Origin: Yuukianura sp. NJ FZ-2021
Taxonomy: Eukaryota
NCBI GenBank assembly: GCA_046563655.1
Contig: CM102290.1
Coordinates: 12,090,001 to 12,154,000, forward strand
Direction: 5' to 3'
DNA: 64,000 bases
Shown: piece after piece, positions 25,981 through 34,847 of the stretch
How positions within the stretch are numbered: the first letter of the stretch is position 1
Layout of the letters: each line of letters opens with the position of its first letter
Notes under the pieces: generated by a model
What the model was told of the DNA's origin: nothing
The model's input: only the letters and a program-made list of their open reading frames with translations
Database searches by the model: none
Made by a program: the position numbers and the translations under genes

Positions 25981-26189
25981 GGGAACACTTTGTTTTAGCG
26001 AAGTTGCAATGTCGCCTTCGCCATTTCGTTAAAAGAAAGAATCAAAATACCGTTTAGTACATGTTTTCCACTAAAAATTAACGTTCAAAAATCAATACAT
26101 AATTTATATCAGTCTTTCTTCAAGTTACATTAAATTTCGTACTTGTAAAGGAGCACAAAGGCGTCTTTGATCAGTTTGCGCCTCAGGTG

Positions 26190-26743
26190 AAGTGCACATG
26201 CGCCACCTACATAATAACAGTGTAAGAAGACAGCTGATGATGCTCTATAACCATTTACTTACACTTGAATCACTCACTTCGTCACAACAAAGGTAAAAAA
26301 CAAAAGGACATAGAGACAAGTTCCTTTGTTTTGTGTTCCTTCTCCTTTAAATCCACAAGAACCAATTACCAAGGTGAGTAGCATTTTAAACTGGCCATCT
26401 ATTGACTAATTACACATGCCTAATAATTAACAGGTCCTCCTCCACCCTCGACAAGGTGACGGGAGGGATGACCTCTACGAGCGTACCACTGACCACTGCA
26501 AGCAACTACTTGTTCTGAATATTCTCATATTGCTGTCAATCGTCGGCTCAATTAAGAGTGAGTTCTGTACTTTGCATGCCATTGATGTCATTCATCCAGC
26601 CACCAAGTTTCGTCGTTTCGTAAGCAAGACTAGAAGTTCGTTTGACTGACCGATTTGACGTTTTCTAAACGTCAGGCACTGATATTCCGAAGACAGAGTT
26701 CAATCACGATTCCAAGTCGTTTCGACGTCGGCACCACTACAAG
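26190..26743 (+). promoter_or_regulatory. Probable RNF11 promoter and spliced 5' UTR
   Basis: NRF1/Ewg-like TGCACATGCGC at 26193-26203. Candidate UTR introns 26374-26433 (AAG|GTGAGT...AACAG) and 26558-26675 (GTGAGT...GTCAG). TSS not determined. Confidence 0.5.
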
Positions 26744-27776
26744 ATGGGAAACTGTTTCAAGCGCCAAGCTGCTGATGACGTTTCGTTACTTAGAGGAAAC
26801 GTTGAGAGAGAGTCAAGTTCATCAGACCAGTTACATCAAGATGCCTATCAGGTACGTCACCTGTAACGATTGTTGGTCTTGTTTATGTTAGTAATTACTA
26901 ATTGAATAGCATTCAAAGATGTTAATCCAGCTAATGCTTAGAGCTGACACTTATCCCCTTATGTCAATATGTCACTTGGTCATATTGACTAGTCAAATAG
27001 TCTTGCGTAATCTTAACTCCTTGTTTCTTGAAACGAGTTCCATTCTGTCGTATGCCATTTTCGTTAAGTTGTTAAGGGAATCAGTTCAGTATTCGGAAGT
27101 GAACGACATAATACCCAGATTCAAGTGTTGTGTTTGTACTAAAGGATAAGCTAGACTAATTCGATTCTTCTGAATTACAGGAACCGAACGTTCCAGTATA
27201 TTATCCATCGCCTAACGTTAGACGCCCAGTTACTCAGCTGACAGAAGAAGAGCAGGTGAAAATAGCGAAGCGAATTGGATTGATTCAGCATCTGCCGAGT
27301 GGGACTTATGACTTAACGACCAAAACAAGGGAGTAAGTAGTAACACTGTTGAAGTTCTTCACAAAACTATTACTGCCAAGTACTATCCTGCTACTGAACA
27401 AACCTATTGCATGAACTAAGGCTCTTCGGATACCAATTTGTATGTATAACCGTCTTTCTTTTTTTCAGATGTGTAATTTGCATGATTGAGTTCATACCGG
27501 GAGTCCTGATTCGTTATATGCCATGTAAGAATTTTGCTATTTTCTTAAGTTATTTACTATCCATTGACAATGCAGGTTGTTGCATTTTGTTCTTCTTTAT
27601 TCCTTACAGGTATGCACGTTTATCACCTCCACTGCATTGATTCCTGGCTTATGAGAAGTTTCACATGTCCTTCTTGTATGGAACCAGTGGAGCCAGCGAT
27701 ATTCAATACCTACAACATCGATACCTTTGATGCCTTAGCAGCTCCACCACAGCAGCCAACCGCCGGTCAACAATGA
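26744..27776 (+). CDS. RNF11: RING-H2 finger protein 11 (E3 ubiquitin ligase), 160 aa, 4 coding exons
   Basis: Exons 26744-26851, 27181-27332, 27469-27524, 27610-27776, all GT-AG and frame-consistent (483 nt). Protein MGNCFKRQAADDVSLL...VPVYYPSP...QLTEEEQVKIAKRIGLIQHLP...RECVICMIEF...RYMPCMHVYHLHCIDSWLMRSFTCPSCMEPV closely matches RNF11, including the MGNC acylation motif and RING-H2. Confidence 0.97.
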
Positions 27777-30700
27777 CTCTCGGTCCAGCCTCAGTCTCCA
27801 TATTTGAACAAGATGCTCACAACAAAAGGATCCGTTTTCCCAACTTTGAAAAGAATCACCAAGATCTCATACGACTTACTTCATCATTGACTCCTACCCG
27901 CGTAAGGTCGTAAAATTCAATTAGGAACAACTCACCTGTGTACTACTATTCCTGAGAGCTGTATGTTGATACTACGCAGCACCCTTACTTAATATCGTTA
28001 AAAAATTGTGATTGGGCTCTTTCCGTAAGAGCACTAAATTGTTAGCAACATGAAGTTCTTAGCCTAAAGACTTAACGTCGCTAAATATTTACATGGAATG
28101 GGGCGTGCCAAAGGGTTTGGTAGTTAGGACTGGAGGTATTTTGTAAACTAGTAGGTTTCGAGTGTGATTTTAGTTAATTGTAACTAGAAAACTGTTACTA
28201 GAAAGTGATAGACCTTATGAGTCTAGTGGCGTATGCGAATCTCCAGTCGTCAGATTTTGTATAGCTTTAGATACGGCAGGATGGAAACGTTTACATTTAA
28301 GTTATTGGCATGATGTCATTCCATAAGCTGAAACAACCTATGCAGAACGACGATGTTGCTAACAAAATATTAAGTGTAGGGCCAAACTTTTTCAAGGAAA
28401 TTAACGACAAAACGACTTTTGTACTGACGTTTATCAAACGTCACTTCGCTTTCTTAGTTTTTTCAGCGCTAAGCTTATTACCTCGAAACTATTGAAGTAG
28501 CTTGAACAAATAACCGACTCACTGTAACTTACATTCTGTTAGCTTAGTTTCTGTTCTAACTTTTTATTGACCTTTGACCTCACCAAGTGGAAGTTATGTA
28601 CACATGTATGCTACTGCGTATGCCCCTCCTTGTTAATGTAGATGTTAATTTGTGCCAATTCAGGAGTAGGTTCCAGCCATCTTATTTAGTCACTATCTGT
28701 CCGTCCTATTTTGTGATTAAGTTTTAAATCAGTTTCTTTTGTTGTTTTTTTTTACTCTAGGGACGTTGGACGACGACACTTTCTCAAAAGCGTGTGCAAT
28801 ATCACTTCTGTCTTTATGTGTATTTGAACGTAAATGCAAACGCTTCGAGTCACGTATTTGGTAGACTTATGAACGGTGAGTGGACTTAACGCTACTGGAT
28901 TCTAAGCATTCTTAAAACTTTTCAAACACATTTTGATTTTGAACAAAAGAAAACGTTTTTTTCTGAAAACTGATTCCTACTGAACCTTGAATGGGGAATA
29001 GCCTAAGTTTATTAACGAAGTTGGAAAGTACTGCTATGTTATGAGGAAAATGTTAAAATGTTTGGAAATTTTTAAAAAATGTAACTAAATTTTCAAAAAA
29101 AGTGTTTAGGTACTCCAGGTTTGCTGATGGTTGAAACGGCTGTTAACATTATTCATTAACTATTGGTTCTTTATTTAGAATTTAAAAAAAATTGAGAAAA
29201 GTCAAAAAATGTGCTTTTTCCAGTCTTGTCATGCGCAGCACGCGGAAGTTGTGTAAAACTATTGGAGAAGGATTATTGATAGTCAGCAACCATTTGTAAA
29301 TTAGTGGACGAACTAGAGTATTATTACTAGGTGCGCAGTAGACTAACAATTTTAGTTGTGTACTAACGTAAGTCGAGTTTTCAAAACGAAGTTTGAATGT
29401 GGAAATCGAAGAATTACAAACTTTGATTTAAAAACTTCTGTGCTTTGGTTTGAAAATGAAAATATTATGTTGATAACAGGGAATTAAGTTGGTATTATTA
29501 TTCATACATTACTTTAATTTCATTGAATAACATAACTTTCACTGTATCACTTCTTGGTTCTAAGAAACACTGAACTAAAATTAAGGTTGACCTTAAGAGT
29601 CCACTTCAAGGTCAGTTTTTTTCAATTGTGCGAAAGTAATTTACTTCACAACATTTTATTGTTAATACTAAAATGTGTAGATGATGTAAAACCATATTTG
29701 TTTTACTATTAAACAAAAACCATCTGTACCTTGACTAATCTCGTGTTTATTCGATTGAATTGAATTGATTTTAATCGAGTTTAATCGATTGAATCGCGCT
29801 AGTCAAAGGATTGATGTGCTTTAAAACAGGGATTAAGGAGGATGTATTGCCGCATATAAGGAAAATGAATGAATCGCTGGGCCATTCATTGCTGAAATGA
29901 AATTTTTCTAATAACGTTTTTGAAACCATTGTTTTTAATCACATTGTGTTCGTTTTTGTTTTTATTTTTTAGTCGCAACGTAGACCTTGACCTGTGAACT
30001 TGGTTCTCACCGTAGTAAGTTCTCACTCTCGTTTCAAAGCGTCAAAAAATTCGTTTTTTTTTAATTACAGAAAATGTACAGTTTAGAACTTTTTTTTTCT
30101 TTTTTTTTCAGTTTTCCTCGCAACTTCAATTTTCAGTTGAGCTTTCACTTTTGAATGACAGAGAGCGCTGGAATGCCTTTCTCCGACCGAACTTTCACCA
30201 CGGCATTTCCACTTTCTCTTTGCTCTTGACGTGCCTGTGGAGTCAGCAGGTAAATTTAAATTTGGAACCAATGGTCCAAAGCTCGTTCTGAGATTGAAGC
30301 AGCTTCGTTTTTGTGTTCTAGGCCTAAAGGCAGGAGCCTCAATCTTTGTTCGCACCAGAACTAAAAACTGGTCTTGGTCTCAGTTCTCCAGCGTCTGCGC
30401 ACTCTGCTCTTCTGAAGAAAGTTGAGCAGCATTTTTTGTGTTCCTTTTCGCCACGGTGAGGAGAGTGAGGCTGCAGTTGGAATCGGTGGTAGCCAAGTGC
30501 CTGGAGGTAGTTATAGTCCCGGGTACTGTCGGAACCAGAAGCAACTTCCACGGAAGCAGCTGTAAAAACCCTAACCAAAATAATCCTACTCATCCATTCT
30601 CACTTCAGTCAAGCTCTGCACCACATCCGAACCAGAAGCACGCCAGTAACAGCTCCCGGGTAACGCCTGACCTCGTCCAGCAACAACCAGCGAACGGGTC

Positions 30701-31677
30701 ACGGCTACTTTTGAAGTATTTTGACAATAACTTCGGCTGGAGAAGCTTTTTCTGGTGAGAATCTCGAAATTTTTGAAAGTGGCGTCCCTATTGGCCAAAA
30801 GACTTTGTGATCCACTTCTGGAGTGTCAAGTGCTGTCGCTGTCAATTGGCGAATTAGACATCAACACTTGAAAACGTCAAAATTCAAGCATCGCTCCGCT
30901 GTGCTTCTACAGAATTCACCAGAAGTGTTTGCAGTGCTGTTGTGGCCATTGACTTTATTCTGGCTGGAATTCCGAACTTCCTGGAACCCCAGAAGTTACA
31001 ATTCTGTTTTGTGTTCGGTGGCTGCTCCTGACTGGGACTTGTGTCTGTTCTTTTGTTTTAAAATTTTTTAAAAAACAAAATTTGTTTTAAAACTGTTCTA
31101 CAGACCACTTTAAACCTTAGCTGGAGTTGAACAACTTGGGCCATGTGCATAGCCGTTGCATTAACCATCAATCAATCACGAATCTTCTTCTGTCTAACAT
31201 TGGAGTAAGCCAAGTCCAGAAAAAGAAGAGGATCATTTTGAAACTGAAGTGCAGGAGAACATGGTAAAGAAGGAAGCAGTCCATGGATATCCCATTTTGG
31301 CAGACTGAAGGTCCAACTAAAGTCCTATTTGTCATTCTAGACCATTTCTAAGCAAACATTGGAAGACCTTAGAGCTGCCACTGCTCCAGAAGTTGTGAAC
31401 TGCGAAGCAAGAAGTGTCGGAAGTGTTGGAAGTGTGTCATAAATTAAGTCTCATTCCATGCACTTTCCTCTTCGTCATGACTCTATCCTCGGGAAACTTG
31501 GTCCTGGGAGCTTCTTCGGATCATGCTACAAGCTCAGCCTCCACACTTGACTTTTTCATCTGAATCTTCAGGAACATACATAGATGAGCCTACAATTTAA
31601 TTCTGGACAAATCGCTGTGTTAAAAAGTTCGCTGGGTTGACAGTTTGCGGTTTTGAACCATCTCGAAATAAGTTTTC

Positions 31678-31953
31678 GGGTCATTGACCTTTGCCCAGAG
31701 GTCATTGATCTGCAACGACTAGACAGTGACATCAGTGAAAGTTTATCACCTCAAAAGTGACAGTCTAAACTAATCCGAATTCAGTTCAAAGGTCATTCAC
31801 CTTTGAGGTCATTGACCCCAGAGGTCACGAACCCAGGACGATTCAGTTTCCCCTGAAGTTAACAGTTTTTGACCCAGTGCAAAGTGACTTAACCCATCAA
31901 ACGCCGAATTCACCTTCAAAGGTCAATCAACTCTATACGGAGGTCATTGACCT
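31678..31953. promoter_or_regulatory. Cluster of six IR1 nuclear-receptor palindromes (EcR/USP-type response elements) just upstream of the Ephrin ATG
   Basis: GGGTCAtTGACCT 31678-31690, AGGTCAtTGATCT 31699-31711, AGGTCAtTCACCT 31790-31802, AGGTCAtTGACCC 31806-31818, AGGTCAaTCAACT 31920-31932, perfect AGGTCAtTGACCT 31941-31953. Confidence 0.65.
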
Positions 31954-32030
31954 CTGACCTTGTTTTGACCTTGACGAAGCCTCACACCCCCCGTCTGGGG
32001 TAAGGTGAGCCGCCTGCCGCACGAGGGTCA

Positions 32031-32152
32031 ATGGGTCTCATGGCCTGCTGCCTGGCTCTCCTCAGTTTTCTTCTGCTCGTCCTGGAGTCTCTGCCACAGG
32101 AGTCGGAGAGTGTCAAGCTACCGGATATTTACTGGAACGCAACCAACCCTAT
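32031..32152 (+). CDS. Ephrin: Ephrin ligand, first coding exon (signal peptide and start of the receptor-binding domain); remainder lies beyond the window
   Basis: MGLMACCLALLSFLLLVLESLPQESESVKLPDIYWNATNP followed by a phase-2 GTAAGT donor at 32153. A hydrophobic signal peptide plus the ephrin hallmark (I/V)YWNxxNP at the conserved exon-1 boundary. In-frame TAA at 32001-32003 upstream supports this ATG. No exon 2 was recognised in the window. Confidence 0.88.
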
Positions 32153-34530
32153 GTAAGTTACACTTTCATTTTTTACTAGGTTAGGGTCCTGGACATAGGT
32201 TTAGTCCAGGAAAAGAAAAACAGACTGCTAGACTTGACTTGACCACTGTTGGTGTGGTGGTCACGGCGTCCTGGGACAGCTTTCTCTTGCTTTCTCCCGA
32301 AAAATTGAGATTCAAATCATGTTTATGGGTAACTGCCCTTTCGTATTCGGCGCCACAACGAAACCATGGAACAAAACATAGAACATGTTACATTTCGTTC
32401 CACATGGGTTTTTAATCTCACAATCACAAAACATTGTGACTGTCACAGTACAAAATTCAACTTGTGCAAAAAAAAAACTTTTGAAAAAGTGAGACATTGT
32501 AAGAAGAATGAAAAGATTCAAGTATTCAGGACTTAAAAGATTAGTAAGGGCACTTCAAAGGGTCCCAAGGGCCCCCTTTGATCCCAACAGAACTAAAAAC
32601 CTTTTGTCAAATCCCATTTACCCGGGAACCCTTAATTGAAAAAACCCGGGTTCGGAATCACCTTTCCAAAGTTTAACTTTCCAGAAGTTGGTTCAATGAA
32701 CCTGATTTTTTCACACGGTTAGGTGTCTGCTACGCCACATTAGAGAATTCCATTGCGCATGACTTATGCCCAGGCTTTCTTTTTGAACTAAAACCTTAAC
32801 CTAGGTTAAACTTTGGTTAGCATGTCTGAATTTGCGAATTGCCAATTTCGTTAGTTGGACTTGACTTGGAACAGACACACCCATAGTTTGTTCTCCTCGG
32901 CCTCACTTTGGCCACCCTACCTTAACACTTAAGTTGAATGGAACGATGGCATGGGAGGGGGAACTTTTGTGGAAAAAGGGGGGCAGTGCAGACTTTTTGT
33001 ATTTTGGCGGCAGAGTTACGTTCCAGGTTTAGGTTTTTGGTTGAAGTTAGATTTGAGAGTGGACTGCGATGGGCGTGGATGGCTGGCACTTCTGGGTCTC
33101 ATTAGGCAGAGGTCAGGCAAGTTCGCTATGCCAAAGAATCCTGCTCAAATTACACCCTGCGCCGTTGGAAAATGGCCTCTGATTGCCATGCAAGAACTTG
33201 AACGCTCCAGCTTACTTGTGTTTTCCTCGCTAAGATTCAAATTTGAACAGTTTTTTTTTGCTTTCGGTTGGAATCGAACCCACAACTTTATTTCATGGAT
33301 CACCCCTGCACTCTTTTTGCAAGTCACCACATAAAGCTAGACTAATTATTGAGCATAAACCAAACCAATCCACCAAGGATTCAAGGCTAAGGCTTTGCTG
33401 ACGCCCATTTTTGCATAAGATAGTATCCGTTTCTGAATGAGTCACTAAAACGTTGAATTTTAGTGCTGAGTAGACGATTTCGGCGATTTTTGGGAATTTT
33501 TTTTTATCTCTAATTTTTGGAATTTTTGATTTTCTTCGATTCGATTTCTTGAAAGTTTAGAATTCTCCAACTCTTTTGGAAATAATTGTATTTCTCGACT
33601 TTGCGAGAAATTCTCGTCTTTTTTGCAAACAAGAAAATTTCTTGTCTCATGATGTGTTGAAATTTTTTTTCAAATTCTCGCTTCCCCAATTTCTTGATTC
33701 TCCGAGTCTCGTGACTTCCAGAATTTTCAGGAATTTGAATTTTATAAAATATTTTTGAAAATCTTCAGTAACTCGCCATTGTGAATTCATTATCAAATTC
33801 AAAAAAAAATATTGTTGCGAAATTCTTGTGTTTTCCTAGAAATATTTGTCAATTCTCGTTAAAAATTTGTCCTCAAAATGTCTCTCCAATTCTCAGTGTT
33901 GTTTTTCTTTGAAATTTCTTTCCGTTTCTCGCAGTTTTTTTTTTGAAATTACTCTCCATTTCTTGCTATTTTTTGAAAAATGTCCTTGTCTAATTTGATT
34001 TGAGAGAAGTGCGTCTGTTCATTTACTGGAGGTCTAGTGGAACTAGGAACGGAGGTGTCAATCAGCCTCAAAATCTTAAGCATCTGCTCCTCTTACTGTC
34101 TAACTATCTCCTGTCTTTTACAAAAACCCAGATGCGATGTGGGGACTGTAGCCAAAAATCAATGGGAGAGAGATGAGTCTTAACGCGGAAGATCATTTTC
34201 TTTTTCCTACCCTACAGCAACTTTTCCTAACAAACAAGACACGTCGCAAAGTCTAATTAAATTCTGCTTTTTTCCGTTTTCTTCTGACTTTGAAGCCAAA
34301 AGCAAAACTGGGTGGAAAAGAGACGCTGCAGAGCGGCAGCGATTGTTCCAGTGAAATGTGACCTCCGTTGTAGAGATTCTAGGAGAGGGGCATGTTACAG
34401 GTTGGTGCCCTGCGGGGGCGACGTGTCACATTTCATAAATTTCGGGTTGCCATAGGCTAATTTGGAGACTATGAAACTGTGTTTGACATTTCACATAAGC
34501 TTTCGTTTGAGTCAGGTCTTCGGGGTCACG

Positions 34531-34847
34531 AGGTCATTGACTTGAAGTAGCAGGTCACTGCTTTGAGTTGACAATTCAAATCATTTCGAGTCATTTACAT
34601 CAAGGATAACGTGAAAGTTAATGTCCAACGTACTTTCAAGGGTCAATAGGTAAATTGCTTGGGGTCAAGGGGTCATTGACCTTTATGGCAGGTCAATATT
34701 TCTAGACGATCGTCATGCAGCTTCTGCAATGAGCTTATATTTTAGCTTAGCCATTTTGGTTACCGGGGTGATACCCTCCGTGTCAATGACCTCCCATAGG
34801 TGGGGTATGGGGTAATACAGGTGAGTTGGTGGGGAGGTCAATGACCT
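34531..34847. promoter_or_regulatory. Second IR1 nuclear-receptor element cluster in Ephrin intron 1
   Basis: AGGTCAtTGACTT 34531-34543, GGGTCAtTGACCT 34670-34682, GTGTCAaTGACCT 34780-34792, perfect AGGTCAaTGACCT 34835-34847, plus several extra RGGTCA half-sites. Confidence 0.6.

Larger units (their letters stand above)
23012..26030 (+). mobile_element. Non-autonomous Helentron/HINE-like (rolling-circle) element with internal palindromic tandem array and an OTU cargo gene
   Basis: The same ~321-bp repeat unit occurs in the same orientation on both sides of the OTU gene (23060-24145 and 25835-25980). Left end TTTATGCTTCTC-AGAGGATGCGCAT is an imperfect inverted repeat. Right end GGGAACAC + hairpin GCGAAG(n12)CTTCGC (25998-26021) + TTTCGTT fits the subTIR/3'-hairpin/T-rich layout of Helentron-associated elements. 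No TSD and no Rep/helicase seen; class and exact ends are inferred. Confidence 0.6.

Noticed and set aside
31923..32030. Long non-AUG N-terminal extension of Ephrin as reported for Drosophila
   Set aside because: An in-frame TAA at 32001-32003 blocks it in unspliced sequence.
33480..33990. T-rich tract with recurring AAATTCTCG-like words
   Set aside because: Low-complexity or decayed repeat with no definable unit or boundaries.
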